This document shows positions 19,615 to 32,227 of a stretch of DNA of 64,000 bases, piece after piece. The stretch covers positions 1-64,000 of the forward strand of contig JBMYOQ010000007.1 in the NCBI GenBank assembly GCA_049599475.1. Reading direction: 5' to 3'. The translations under genes were made by a program, and so were the position numbers. The number at the start of each line of letters is the position of its first letter. Position 1 is the first letter of the stretch. Below the pieces are notes generated by a model. That model saw only the letters and a list, made by a program, of their open reading frames with translations. It had not been told where the DNA came from and searched no databases. The stretch comes from Opitutales bacterium. GTDB taxonomy: Bacteria; Verrucomicrobiota; Verrucomicrobiia; Opitutales; JABSRG01.

Positions 19615-20538
19615 CTATTTTGGTGAGATTTCGTCGACCCCTTCGATCCCAAGGAGCCACGAGAATGCCTTTACCTGGCTATCATAGGGAGGTATTTGAT
19701 GTCCTCCTTCAAAGGACATAATCGCTATGTCTCCGCCATTTTTTTCTAAAATTGCAATGTCGCGTTTAAGGTATCCGTTTGCTGCGCGATCATTATTCCC
19801 GTTTACAATGGCATATTTGATAGGCTGATAGTATTCATCGAGATAGTCTTTGTTTCCAAGCCAGCCGCCATTCCAATAGATTCCTTTCCATGGGCGCTCC
19901 ACCCTGTTGGAAATGCGTACTGCTCGCAAAGCTCCGCCGGAAGTCCCACCTATGAATAAATTCTTGGGCTCATGAGGTATGAGGGTTTCGATGACCGGTA
20001 GGACTTCGCGAAACTTGTCGTATTGCCGCTCTGACTCATCGGAAGTGCGCGTGTTGCCAAAATTGTCAACCGACACAATTACAAGCCCTGTTGCTTCGGC
20101 TGCTTCTATGTGGCGTAGCAAGTATCTTGAGCCCTTCGGACCCGCGCTGAGCAAAAACATCAAGGGGCGATTGGCTGTCCCTATAGAAGAAGAAGGCTCG
20201 TAACAGTGGATGTCATAATCGCTTAGCTTTCCCTGGTAGAATTTGTGGGTATAACGGCCATCTATTCCCGCGAGCATAGCCTGTAGTCGCTCGTTTATCT
20301 CAAGCCATTCTACGAGCCACGCTTGATCAATCGGTGAAAAGTCTTCGAGCCGCCAAGTTGTTTTTTCGCGGGAAGGGGCTTGAAGAATAATCTGATTGGC
20401 TTCTTCGTCGAAGCTTATGAGTTCAGCGAAAACTCGGCCGCCATCGGTAATGTGCCAATTCCTCTCGTTATTATTTGCGACAAGAAGAGATGCTGTCAGC
20501 AACGTGCTAAAAGCTGCGGATGTAAGAATTTTAAACAT
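19615..20538 (-). CDS. Exported alpha/beta-hydrolase with N-terminal SHD1-like domain
   Basis: Signal peptide; [15 protein letters not shown]...[11 protein letters not shown]; nucleophile GGTSGG, NGNND, GGHQ. Confidence 0.6.
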   Translation of the reverse strand: MFKILTSAAFSTLLTASLLVANNNERNWHITDGGRVFAELISFDEEANQIILQAPSREKTTWRLEDFSPIDQAWLVEWLEINERLQAMLAGIDGRYTHKFYQGKLSDYDIHCYEPSSSIGTANRPLMFLLSAGPKGSRYLLRHIEAAEATGLVIVSVDNFGNTRTSDESERQYDKFREVLPVIETLIPHEPKNLFIGGTSGGALRAVRISNRVERPWKGIYWNGGWLGNKDYLDEYYQPIKYAIVNGNNDRAANGYLKRDIAILEKNGGDIAIMSFEGGHQIPPYDSQVKAFSWLLGIEGVDEISPK

Positions 20539-20603
20539 ATCTATTAATGGGGGTTTTCGATTACCCCATCACAAAGAAGAATTGGTTTGATTTACATCAA
20601 CAC

Positions 20604-20643
20604 AAAAAAAGAGCGGCACCTTATCGGATACCGCTCTTTTTTT
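20604..20643 (-). terminator. Rho-independent terminator of pnp
   Basis: A7-GAGCGG...CCGCTC-T7. Confidence 0.75.
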
Positions 20644-20662
20644 TGGATTATGGGGTAAAGGA

Positions 20663-22804
<2,142 letters not shown>

Positions 22805-23167
22805 ATTATTGTGTTTATGGGTTCCACCTGAAACGAGAAATGAGGAGTTCGGCGTTTATCTGGCCGCAAAATCTTAATCGCATAGACGCGCTTATCCGGT
22901 GAGGGAAAGGGCGTTTGTATGATTAAGAATCCGCTGCATACAGGTTTTGGGTATTGCCTGCTAGAGAAACGCGAAATCCGCGGTTTCCGCTATTGGGTGA
23001 AATTGGGATGTGGTTGTTGAGAACGAAAAACGGCCAGACCGGGATAGGCCTGACCGTTTGGGTGTTAAATACACTGGGCGATGAGCGTCGCGTTCTTTTG
23101 GGTAAAACAAACGCTCATGGTATTCAAAATCTGGATTCGCAAGTGATGCACCGATGCGGTGAAATGA

Positions 23168-23434
<267 letters not shown>

Positions 23435-23710
23435 TGGGTTTTGTTAATTTCACAATCACTGGAAAAAGCGTGTGCTTCCTCGAAGTCCAGCAAGGTGCCA
23501 GAACTACCGCTTGATTCACCGGGAGGTGAAGGATTGTGGAAGGTGATTCGTGTGAATGCCTTCTAGCGCAAAGAGTTGAGAAAGAGAAATCATTGCGCGT
23601 TTGGCAAGTCTAATTTGAGTTTTTGAGTCCACGACGGAGGCTGAAAGCCGGAGATGGCCTAGCAGAGACGCGAAAAGTTGGACTGGGCGGTCTTTGAAGG
23701 CGTGAAAAGT

Positions 23711-23776
23711 GGTAGCCGCCGACCTCCCGTTTGACATAGCTCACGGCCTCGAGCTTGTCGAGACGGCGGACGGTGG
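23711..23776 (+). repeat. GTAG-type REP interrupted by a second hairpin
   Basis: GGTAGCCGCCGACCTCC identical to 29397, followed by a CCGTTTGACATAGCTC/GAGCTTGTCGAGACGG hairpin. Confidence 0.55.
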
Positions 23777-23886
23777 ACGGAGGCGAAGTCAGAGATGACG
23801 TAGCAAATCTGTGCGAGAGGGGTTTCTTAACTTTCGGTTTTACGGAAAACCGTTTTACCCTCAGAGCAATAAAGCGTTTCGTGCTT

Positions 23887-24729
23887 TTAGCGTGTTTTGT
23901 GGACTCCTTCATCCAGCTTCACCCATTGCTCGATCTGGATATCTTCTGGGCGGAGTTTAGGATCGATCCCCGCTTGCCTGAGGAGGTACTCGTAATTTTG
24001 AGAAATGATGCTTTCCGGGCACTTCTTGAGAAGCGCGCCGATCTGTTTGCGGCGTTGGGTGAAGCAGAAGCGTATCGTCGCTCGCGTGGTCTTGCTCAAT
24101 CGATGTGGTCGCTCGCGACGTTTTAGGACCAGCAGCACGGACCCCACTGCTGGTGGTGGATAAAAGCATTGTGCAGGGACTTTGTGGATGCCGACTTTTT
24201 CGAATGCTAGGGCGACGTCGATCGTCAACGCTCCGACGGATTTGGTCCCGGGCTCCGCGCACAGGCGGTCGGCTGCTTCTTCTTGAAGCATTAGCGAAAG
24301 GGTGGTGGGAAGCTCGCGATCAAGCACGGCATCCATCCAGGGGCTGGTTATGGCATACGGTAGGTTTGCAACTATTTTGAAGGGGGCTTCGCCGGGATCG
24401 AGCATCGCGAGCGGGTGCTCTACAGCGTCGCCATGCATCAGAGTGAAATTTGCATGTTTTGGAGCGAGTTCAGCCTTTAGGTAAGCGTGGAGCGTATTGT
24501 CCTTCTCCACCGCGAAGACCTGCGCTTCTGCTTCGAGCAGGGCGCGCGTCAAGGTGCCGAGGCCGGGTCCCACTTCAACGATACGCTCCCCAGCCTGGAC
24601 ATCGGCCAGCGCCAGGGATTTGCGCGTGATGTTGGCATCCACCAAGAAGTTCTGTCCGAGCTTCTTTTGTGGACTGTGCCCGAGCGATTCGAGTAGGGCT
24701 TTGGTGCTGGTGAGATTCAGGAGCGCCAT
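23887..24729 (-). CDS. rsmA: 16S rRNA adenine dimethyltransferase RsmA/KsgA
   Basis: KKLGQNFL, VEVGPGLGTLT, VANLPY, FTQRRK. Confidence 0.95.
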   Translation of the reverse strand: MALLNLTSTKALLESLGHSPQKKLGQNFLVDANITRKSLALADVQAGERIVEVGPGLGTLTRALLEAEAQVFAVEKDNTLHAYLKAELAPKHANFTLMHGDAVEHPLAMLDPGEAPFKIVANLPYAITSPWMDAVLDRELPTTLSLMLQEEAADRLCAEPGTKSVGALTIDVALAFEKVGIHKVPAQCFYPPPAVGSVLLVLKRRERPHRLSKTTRATIRFCFTQRRKQIGALLKKCPESIISQNYEYLLRQAGIDPKLRPEDIQIEQWVKLDEGVHKTR

Positions 24730-24851
24730 AGATTGCAATCCTTACAATTGGCTGAGATTTGTCTGCGATGCACGCCTTTTGCGGATCTTATCGATACTTG
24801 ATCCTCAGCGTGTATTTCAGCTGAGCCTGTCTTGGCCGACTGTTTAGCTTT

Positions 24852-25649
24852 ATGAAAGAGCTGTTTTTGCTTTTTTTAATTTGTTTATCTGCGCTCACGC
24901 TTGGGAGCGTTGTCCGTGCGGATACTCACATGACTGCTCCCGAGGCTCTGACTTTGCTAAAATCGGGCAATGCGCGTTTTGCTTCGGGAAATGCACTGCA
25001 CCCGCGGGTAAGCTTCTCGCGGATCGGGGAGACTGCGGAAATTGGGCAAAAACCTTACGCCACGGTCCTGGCTGCTTCAGATAGTCGGGTTCCGCTCGAG
25101 GCTATTTTCGATCAAGGAATTGGGGATATTTTTGCAATCCGGGTGCTCGGTAATGTCGTAGATACGGACCAGGCAGGCTCCATCGAGTATGGAATTGCGC
25201 ATCTAAATACCCCGCTACTTGTCGTGCTCGGCAATTCGCAGTGCGAAGCGGTGTCTTCTGTGGCGGAGCGAGTGCCGTTTAGTGGAAATCTGTCGCCGCT
25301 CTTGGAAAACATTGTACCGGCGATTGAACGGGCGGTGCTTCGCCACCCGAGATTAGAAGGGCCCGAACTTTTACCTCACGCCATCGAAGAGAACGTGAGT
25401 CAGTCGATCAGTGACCTCTTGCGGATATCACCTGTTGCTAGCTTGAAGGTAGAGGATGGAGAATTGTTGATCGTGGGGGGAGTCTACCAGGTGGAATCCG
25501 GCCGTATCAAATGGTTGAGCAAGCATCCTCAGGTTCGCATGTTGGAGGAGCGCGGGCGCCAAGCACGTCACCAAGCGGCAGTGGAAGCGGCCGCCGAAGC
25601 TGCTAGAGCTGCAAGGTTACCGAGGCCCAGTAACGCGAAACCGAACTAA
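24852..25649 (+). CDS. Exported beta-class carbonic anhydrase homolog with degenerate Zn ligands
   Basis: LKSGNARF, GQKPYA, ASDSRVP (CxDxR with C>A), GDIFAIRVLGN, GNSQC (HxxC with H>N). Confidence 0.8.
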   Translation: MKELFLLFLICLSALTLGSVVRADTHMTAPEALTLLKSGNARFASGNALHPRVSFSRIGETAEIGQKPYATVLAASDSRVPLEAIFDQGIGDIFAIRVLGNVVDTDQAGSIEYGIAHLNTPLLVVLGNSQCEAVSSVAERVPFSGNLSPLLENIVPAIERAVLRHPRLEGPELLPHAIEENVSQSISDLLRISPVASLKVEDGELLIVGGVYQVESGRIKWLSKHPQVRMLEERGRQARHQAAVEAAAEAARAARLPRPSNAKPN

Positions 25650-25660
25650 ATCTCTCGCTT

Positions 25661-26365
25661 TTAGCTCGTTTTCTTCGGAGCCCGTTTTTTGCCTTTTGGC
25701 TTAGGTTTGTAGGGCTTCTTCGCCTTGAGAATCGTCTCTCGTTCGAAGAAGAGGACATACTTTTCCTTGTAGTAGTCGATCGGGATCCAATCGTAAATCT
25801 CGAGAACCTTATCTGGCTCTACGCCCATGGTTTTGCACTCATCCTGGTAGAGTGAGCCCTTAAGGTAGATCAGGCCATGGTCAATATCCTCCTCGTAGCT
25901 TTTGCGTACGCGGTCCCGGATCCAATCGACGAAAACGGGTAGGCTGGTCACTGCGCGTCCGAGAACCCAGTCATAGTCCTTTTTCACCTCCTCGATGCGC
26001 GTGCGTCGGAGCAGGACGTTTTTTAGCTTTAGCTGAAGTGTAATGCTTTTGAGGACATTGACCTTTTTCTCTAAAGAGTCGACCAGGGTGAATTGCGCAT
26101 TGGGGTGCAAAATCGCCAGGGGAATCCCGGGAAGCCCGCCACCAGTACCGACATCGAGAATCCGTGATCCCTTGGGGAAATGGATGAAGCGGCTGATCGC
26201 GAGAGCATGGAGGAGGTGATGCTCGACGAAATGCTCAGTATCTTTGCGTGAAATTAGGTTTACGCGGGTATTCCAATCCAAGAGAGCCTCTCCGTATGCA
26301 CGCAGTTTGCGCAGCTGTGGAGGCTCGATCTCGGGGAAATGCTGTTCTACCAAGGAAAAATCCAT
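25661..26365 (-). CDS. rsmG: 16S rRNA m7G527 methyltransferase RsmG
   Basis: WNTRVNLISR, LDVGTGGGLPGIPLAI, VDSLEKK, GRAV. Confidence 0.94.
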   Translation of the reverse strand: MDFSLVEQHFPEIEPPQLRKLRAYGEALLDWNTRVNLISRKDTEHFVEHHLLHALAISRFIHFPKGSRILDVGTGGGLPGIPLAILHPNAQFTLVDSLEKKVNVLKSITLQLKLKNVLLRRTRIEEVKKDYDWVLGRAVTSLPVFVDWIRDRVRKSYEEDIDHGLIYLKGSLYQDECKTMGVEPDKVLEIYDWIPIDYYKEKYVLFFERETILKAKKPYKPKPKGKKRAPKKTS

Positions 26366-26515
26366 CGCTGCAGGTTGGTGAGGGTGGGCCACGCAGGCAA
26401 GCCACCTTTCTCGAGAGCTTTTGAGACCCTAGGTATTCAAAGTTAGAGTCCGTTCTTTACAATGGTGTGACGCATTATAGGGTCGTCCGCTTATTTCTCG
26501 CTCCCAGCACCATCG

Positions 26516-27853
26516 ATGAAACAGCGAACTATACTGCGCGAAGCGTCTGTATCCGGTAAGTCTCTACATACCGGAGAGGCCGTTACATTAACTTTAAAAC
26601 CGGCTCCGGAAGACCACGGTATCGTCTTTCGTCGAGTCGACCTTTTCGGCAAACCCGAAATTAGACCTCAGATTGATCTCGTTACAGATTTGGTTCGCCA
26701 AACCACTATTGAGCAGGGACATACGAAACTCCACACCATCGAGCATGTCCTCTCAGCACTCACGGGCTGTGGCATCGATAACGCGATTGTTGAACTGAAT
26801 GCATCAGAGCCTCCCATCATGGACGGTTCCGCGAAGTTCTTCGTGAATATGATCCAGGAAGCGGAGCCCGTGGAGCAATCTAAGGATCGAAATTATATCG
26901 AGTTAAAGGAGCCAATCTCAGTATCCTCCGGAAGCTCTTCGATCATCGCTCTGCCTTACGATGGATTCAAAATCACCTGTACGTCGGCTGATAATCGTGG
27001 TCTCCATAGCCAGCACCTTTCTTTAGAGATCGATCCAGAGACTTACACCTCACAGATCGCGCAAAGCCGCACATTTGTGATCTATGAGGATATTGAAGAG
27101 CTTTTGAAGCTCGGCAAAATCCGTGGTGGTTCATTGGACTCGGCAATCGTTCTCAAGGGGGACAAGATCATGTCCAAGGAACCCTTGCGTTTTCAGGATG
27201 AGCTCGTTCGCCATAAGATGCTCGATATTGTCGGAGATCTCTCGCTGCTGGGTCGACCCTTGAAGGCCCATATCGTAGCGATTCTTCCAGGGCACCGCAT
27301 CAACGCTGATCTCAGTAAGGCTATCCAAAATCGGATCGAAGAGGAGAAAAAAGGAGAAGCTAAACCCAAGAAACCGTCACCTGGAACCACCGTTTTGCAG
27401 ACGGAGAGTGAGTTGGATATACGTCGAGTCTTAGATACGCTTCCCCATAGATATCCATTTGTGATGATTGATCGCGTTGTAAGTTTCGAAGGAGCCGATG
27501 CCCTCACTGCGATCAAAAACGTAACGATCAACGAACCTTATTTCCAGGGCCATTACCCGGGTCGCCCAGTGATGCCCGGTGTGCTTCAGATCGAAGCGAT
27601 GGCTCAGGCTGCGGGGATCCTCTTGCTGCGCAAGACTGCGATGAAAGACAAGTTGGCGTTCTTTATGAGCTGCGATAAGGTGAAATTCCGTCGTCCTGTG
27701 GAACCAGGTGATCAAATTGAGATCAAAGTAGCTTTGACTAAAATCAGAGGAGAAAAAATCGGTATCGCTGAAGGTAAGTGCTTGGTGGGTGGAAAGGTCG
27801 TTTCCAACGCCGAACTCATGTTCACTCTAGCAGACGCGAACGCTTCCGATTGA
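26516..27853 (+). CDS. lpxC: Bifunctional LpxC/FabZ
   Basis: [28 protein letters not shown] (LpxC); [29 protein letters not shown] (FabZ). Confidence 0.96.
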   Translation: MKQRTILREASVSGKSLHTGEAVTLTLKPAPEDHGIVFRRVDLFGKPEIRPQIDLVTDLVRQTTIEQGHTKLHTIEHVLSALTGCGIDNAIVELNASEPPIMDGSAKFFVNMIQEAEPVEQSKDRNYIELKEPISVSSGSSSIIALPYDGFKITCTSADNRGLHSQHLSLEIDPETYTSQIAQSRTFVIYEDIEELLKLGKIRGGSLDSAIVLKGDKIMSKEPLRFQDELVRHKMLDIVGDLSLLGRPLKAHIVAILPGHRINADLSKAIQNRIEEEKKGEAKPKKPSPGTTVLQTESELDIRRVLDTLPHRYPFVMIDRVVSFEGADALTAIKNVTINEPYFQGHYPGRPVMPGVLQIEAMAQAAGILLLRKTAMKDKLAFFMSCDKVKFRRPVEPGDQIEIKVALTKIRGEKIGIAEGKCLVGGKVVSNAELMFTLADANASD

Positions 27854-27879
27854 TATAACTATTTGCGGAAAAGACCTTC

Positions 27880-28659
27880 ATGGGCGTAGAGATTCATCCA
27901 TCAGCCATTGTCGAAACGGGTGCTGAGCTAGACGACGGCGTGAAAATTGGGGCATTTTGTTATATTGGCCCTGAGGTGAAACTGGGTGCGAATACCGAGG
28001 TGATGCACCACGCTAGCGTTGAGGGAAACACGGTCATGGGCTCGGACTGCCAGGTGTTTCCGTATGCTTACATCGGAGGTAAGACTCAGGATTTAAAATT
28101 CAAGGGAGGTGACCTCGGACTCACTATTGGAGACAGGAATGTATTCCGAGAATACGTCACTGTGCATATGTCGACGATTCCAGGAATTCGCACGACTTTG
28201 GGCGACGATAATAACCTGCTCGCACACAGCCATGTCGCTCATGATTGCACTGTGGGCAGTCATTTGATCATGAGCTCCAATGCTGCCCTAGGAGGGCATT
28301 GTGTGGTAGACGATCACGTCTATATAGCCTTTGCGGTCGGCGTGCTACCGTTTGTCCGAGTGGGGCGCTATGCGATCGCTGGAGCCATGGCAAAAGTGAC
28401 CAAAGACCTGCCACCTTACATGATGGTCGAGGGTGCGCCTGCGAAGGTGCGTACGATCAATAAGGTGCGGCTGGAGCGTGAGGGCTATTCTACGGAAGAT
28501 ATCGATATCGCTCGAAATGTGCACCGCATCTTATACCGCGGTGGAAATAACCGGAGCCAGGCCATTGAAGCGCTGAAAGCTCACCCGAACCAGGAATCTT
28601 GGTTCGTAAAGGGAATGATCGACTTCATCGATGTGGAGTCGAAAATGGGCTGCATGTAG
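27880..28659 (+). CDS. lpxA: UDP-N-acetylglucosamine acyltransferase
   Basis: IHPSAIV, hexapeptide repeats, QDLKFKG, REYVTVH, HVAHDC. Confidence 0.95.
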   Translation: MGVEIHPSAIVETGAELDDGVKIGAFCYIGPEVKLGANTEVMHHASVEGNTVMGSDCQVFPYAYIGGKTQDLKFKGGDLGLTIGDRNVFREYVTVHMSTIPGIRTTLGDDNNLLAHSHVAHDCTVGSHLIMSSNAALGGHCVVDDHVYIAFAVGVLPFVRVGRYAIAGAMAKVTKDLPPYMMVEGAPAKVRTINKVRLEREGYSTEDIDIARNVHRILYRGGNNRSQAIEALKAHPNQESWFVKGMIDFIDVESKMGCM

Positions 28660-28774
28660 CCTCCTGCTAGGTTTTACTTCGTTGGAAAACGGCGCACGCC
28701 GAGAGTGTAAACTCATCAACAAGTGATCGGTTCGCTTGATTCGATATGGATGCTGTGCGAATGGTCTAGGCTCA

Positions 28775-29182
28775 ATGGAAATAGAATACACACTTGGCGG
28801 TGCGCTTGAGGAGGGGGAAGTCGTTTCCCTATATTTGGCCAATGATTGGTCCTCTGCGAGTAAGCCGCAGGAACTATTGAGTGCGCTGCGTAATTCTCAC
28901 TCGCTGGTGACTGCCCGGATTGAAGGTCGATTGGTCGGACTGGGCAATGCGATCTCCGATGGACATTTGGTCGTATATTATCCGCATCTCCTGGTGCATC
29001 CCGATTTTCACCGAAAGGGTATCGGAAAAGGCATGATGCAATTACTGCAAACCCGATATAAAGACTTTCATCAACAAATGCTTACGGCCGACGGTGATGC
29101 GATTGACTTCTATAAAAGCCTAGGCTTCGAACGCGCCGGTAAGACAGAACCCATGTGGGTATACCAAGGCGACGAGCACTGA
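28775..29182 (+). CDS. GNAT family N-acetyltransferase
   Basis: LLVHPDFHRKGIGK, FYKSLGF. Confidence 0.9.
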   Translation: MEIEYTLGGALEEGEVVSLYLANDWSSASKPQELLSALRNSHSLVTARIEGRLVGLGNAISDGHLVVYYPHLLVHPDFHRKGIGKGMMQLLQTRYKDFHQQMLTADGDAIDFYKSLGFERAGKTEPMWVYQGDEH

Positions 29183-29184
29183 AT

Positions 29185-29298
29185 CTAAATTCTTTCTCAA
29201 AATTATTTTCACAAACAAATGGGACGGTTCGCCACTCTTGCGCTTCGAAAGTGTGGGTTTACCGGAATAAACGAAAACACATTTGAGTAACCATCTAT
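29185..29298. mobile_element. MITE-like element (copy 2)
   Basis: TTCTCAAAA...TTTGAG inverted ends; shares AATAAACGAAAACAC.TTTGAG with copy 1 and an internal CCACTC/TTCGAA segment with copy 3. Confidence 0.55.
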
Positions 29299-29396
29299 AC
29301 TTAGCACGAAGGCAGCAGAGCAACAGAGATGCAGCCCTACCCGAATACGCAAGTTTTAAGACAGTCAGACTTTTTCAGGAACCCCTGCTAACAAAT

Positions 29397-29530
29397 GGTA
29401 GCCGCCGACCTCCGGGCGGTGGGGATGGGGGGTTCGCAACTGGTTTACACCTGGAACACGCCCGTTCGGAGAACGAGCACTACCAGTCAGCGATGAGAGT
29501 GAAAGGTATTCACCGACCTCCAGGCGGTGG
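29397..29530. repeat. Cluster of GTAG-type REP elements
   Basis: GGTAGCCGCCGACCTCCGGGCGGTGG (+), inverted partner ending CTACC at 29484, degenerate third copy at 29505. Confidence 0.6.
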
Positions 29531-29560
29531 AGATGCCTTGGGTGTGTGCCTGAAAACCGA

Positions 29561-30958
29561 CTAAGCTCGCATGCTCCATGGGCCGGTGATCGCGAGGGTG
29601 AGCCCGGTGCCCTGGATGTTTACGAATAGGATTTGGCCATCTGGAGAGAAGCAGCAGCCAGCCAGTTCGGAACTATTGTAATTATTTGCAGCGAAATCGA
29701 AACAGGTGCCTTCGGGGGTCACCCCTACCAGCTTGCAAGGGGCCTCTGAATCTTCGGCAATGTATAAGTCTCCCCATGGCGCGACGCACAGGTTGTCACA
29801 GTTTTTCAATACGTCCTTATCTTCACTCTCGAGAAAGAGTTCCACCTTTCCGGGGACCTGTTTTTCCATCGGGGTGCCTTCATAAGGGGACGGCGTGTAC
29901 TTGAATACTTGACCCATGCGAATAGCTCCGCCGTTCGTGCACGCAAAATAGATTTCTCCATCACCATACCACATGCCTTCACCGCGAGCGAAGACCGCAG
30001 CGCCTTTGTCGCGCCCTTGATAGCGAAGGTCATTCTCAGGTGACTCCGGATTCTCGATGTCGATCCAAGATGTTTCGAAAGCGACGTTTTTCGGGAACGG
30101 TTTTGCGCCGGGTTCACTCCAGTTACGCGTATCCCAGCCCTTTACCTCGTTGATTACGAGAGCTTGGAGCTTGCCGCCTTTGTATAGCTTCCCCGGTTCA
30201 TTTGGAATGTAGCGGTAGATCAAGCTGTCCCACACGTCTTCAGTTTCGTAGACGATACCAGACTTCGGATCCACCGCGATCGCTTCGTGACGGAAGCGTC
30301 CCATTTCCTTTAGAGGAATCGGCTTTGCTAGCGTCGGAATCGACGTGACAGGGACTTCGAAATTGTAGCCGTGGTCCGCCTTGTAGTGGGCATCAGCCTT
30401 TTGGTCGGTCTCCTCGCAAGTGACCCATGTGCCCCACGGGGTGGGCCCGCCCGCGCAGTTGTTCTCGGTGCCTGCTAGGCTTAGAAATTCGCTCTCTGTT
30501 TTTCCAGATTTCGGATTGTAAATGAGCGTAGTGGTGCCGCCGATCGCAGGTTTCTTGCCGTCGGCAAAATCGTAAAGGTCGGTGGACGCTACTTTCGTGA
30601 GCAGCTCATTGTTTTCACCGAACGGACTTTTGTCCAATTGATCGGCTCTCAGCTCATGATTGCGGATCAATGCAATGCGTCCATCTTGGAGGCCGAATGC
30701 GGCCATGCCGTCTGGATCTCCTGGAACGATGAGGCCGTCACTCATTTTCTCACCAATGCGTGAGATTACTTTATACGAAAAATTCTTTGGCAAATCGAAG
30801 ATTCCATTCGGATCCTTGATAAGGGGCCCATACCCTGCGGGATTGCTACCGCTCAGGCCAGCATTCAGACGACCGAGACCCATGAAGCCGAGGGAGAGAA
30901 ACCCAGCTTGTTTCATAAATTTGCGACGAGACGTAGGAGATTCCATGAGTAGACCCAT
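29561..30958 (-). CDS. phoX: Tat-exported alkaline phosphatase, PhoX/DUF839 family
   Basis: SRRKFMK Tat motif; DGMAAF, NHE, NCAGGPTPWGTWVTCEE, GRFRHEA, GEG, CDN, ELAGCCFSPDGQILFVNIQ. Confidence 0.9.
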   Translation of the reverse strand: MGLLMESPTSRRKFMKQAGFLSLGFMGLGRLNAGLSGSNPAGYGPLIKDPNGIFDLPKNFSYKVISRIGEKMSDGLIVPGDPDGMAAFGLQDGRIALIRNHELRADQLDKSPFGENNELLTKVASTDLYDFADGKKPAIGGTTTLIYNPKSGKTESEFLSLAGTENNCAGGPTPWGTWVTCEETDQKADAHYKADHGYNFEVPVTSIPTLAKPIPLKEMGRFRHEAIAVDPKSGIVYETEDVWDSLIYRYIPNEPGKLYKGGKLQALVINEVKGWDTRNWSEPGAKPFPKNVAFETSWIDIENPESPENDLRYQGRDKGAAVFARGEGMWYGDGEIYFACTNGGAIRMGQVFKYTPSPYEGTPMEKQVPGKVELFLESEDKDVLKNCDNLCVAPWGDLYIAEDSEAPCKLVGVTPEGTCFDFAANNYNSSELAGCCFSPDGQILFVNIQGTGLTLAITGPWSMRA

Positions 30959-31078
30959 ATGTGCGAATAGGTTATCGGCAAGCAGAGTTCGGCAGTGTTA
31001 CTCAGTTTTCACATTCTTCGCATGTCCCTTGCTTATCAGACCGCTCAGAGTTAGGCGTTTTACTTTCTCGGATTTTTT

Positions 31079-32227
31079 ATGCGACGGTCGATCATTTGGG
31101 TAATTGATAGTTTTGGGTGTGGGGCATTGCCTGATGCCGAAGCTTACGGAGATGTTGGCTCAAATACGGGCTTACACATTTGTGATGCGGTTGGGGGGGC
31201 TCAATGGCCCCACCTGAAGGCTGCAGGCTTGGGTAATGCGGTTGGACTGTTGAAGCAGGCGTGGTCGGGTGTAGATGCTGTGGGCGCACCGGGTTTTAGT
31301 TACGGAGTCATGGCTGAAGCATCACCAGGTAAAGATACGACGACGGGTCATTGGGAGCTTGCGGGTGTTACGCTTGAAAAGTCTTTGCATGTGTTCCCTC
31401 AGTCGGGTCCAGCCTTTCCAGAGTGGCTGCTTGAGAAGGTTTGCGCGGAGTTTGGCTGTGAGATTTTGGGCAACGAGAGCGCCTCGGGTACCGAGATTAT
31501 CAGTCGCTTAGGGGCCGAACACCTGCGAACGGGGGATCCTATCTTCTATACTTCGGCGGATCCTGTAGTGCAGATCGCAGCCCATGAAGATCTATGGCCG
31601 ATTGAGCGACTATATCATTTGTGCTCATTCGTTAGAGAAGCTGTGGATCCGCTCAATGTGGGGCGCGTGATAGCACGGCCCTTCGAGGGGAGAGAAGGCT
31701 CGTTTAAGAGGACACCGCGACGCCGAGATTTTTCGATGCCGGTGCCCGGGGATACCTTGATGGATGACCTCCAGAGGCGAGGGATTGAAACGATCGGAGT
31801 GGGCAAAATAGGTAATATCTTCAACGAACGCGGATTCGACGCCTCTTACCCTGAGAAAGGAAATCCCGCGTGCATTGATAAGACTTTAGCGCTTCTCGAC
31901 GCGCCTGCGGAGAAATCACAGTTCCTATTCGTAAACCTGGTCGATACCGATCAGGAATTTGGGCACCGTCGAGACCCGCAAGGTTACCACGATGCTGTGG
32001 CCGCCATCGATGCCATGATCCCTCGCGTGCTTGATCGACTCGGTCCCGATGATCAATTCATCATCACTGCAGATCATGGTTGCGATCCGACCTTTCGCGG
32101 CACGGATCATACTCGTGAGTACGTGCCCCTCTTAATCTGGAGCTCAGAGCCTACTAGGAATTTGGGTGTGCGTCCGAGCTTTGCCTATGTCGCCGAGCAG
32201 GTGAGGGGCTGGCTGGACTCAAGCTAG
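31079..32227 (+). CDS. deoB: Phosphopentomutase
   Basis: VIDSFGCGALPDA, GKDTTTGHWE, YTSADPV, RVIARPF, FVNLVDTD.EFGHRRD, TADHGCDP, TDHTREYVP. Confidence 0.95.
   Translation: MRRSIIWVIDSFGCGALPDAEAYGDVGSNTGLHICDAVGGAQWPHLKAAGLGNAVGLLKQAWSGVDAVGAPGFSYGVMAEASPGKDTTTGHWELAGVTLEKSLHVFPQSGPAFPEWLLEKVCAEFGCEILGNESASGTEIISRLGAEHLRTGDPIFYTSADPVVQIAAHEDLWPIERLYHLCSFVREAVDPLNVGRVIARPFEGREGSFKRTPRRRDFSMPVPGDTLMDDLQRRGIETIGVGKIGNIFNERGFDASYPEKGNPACIDKTLALLDAPAEKSQFLFVNLVDTDQEFGHRRDPQGYHDAVAAIDAMIPRVLDRLGPDDQFIITADHGCDPTFRGTDHTREYVPLLIWSSEPTRNLGVRPSFAYVAEQVRGWLDSS

Noticed and set aside
26516..27853. LpxC-FabZ fusion as a novelty
   Set aside because: Well-known fusion in Bacteroidota, Chlorobi and Verrucomicrobiota
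29397..29530. REP clusters and heptamer repeats as a CRISPR array
   Set aside because: No regularly spaced identical direct repeats with unique spacers, and no cas genes
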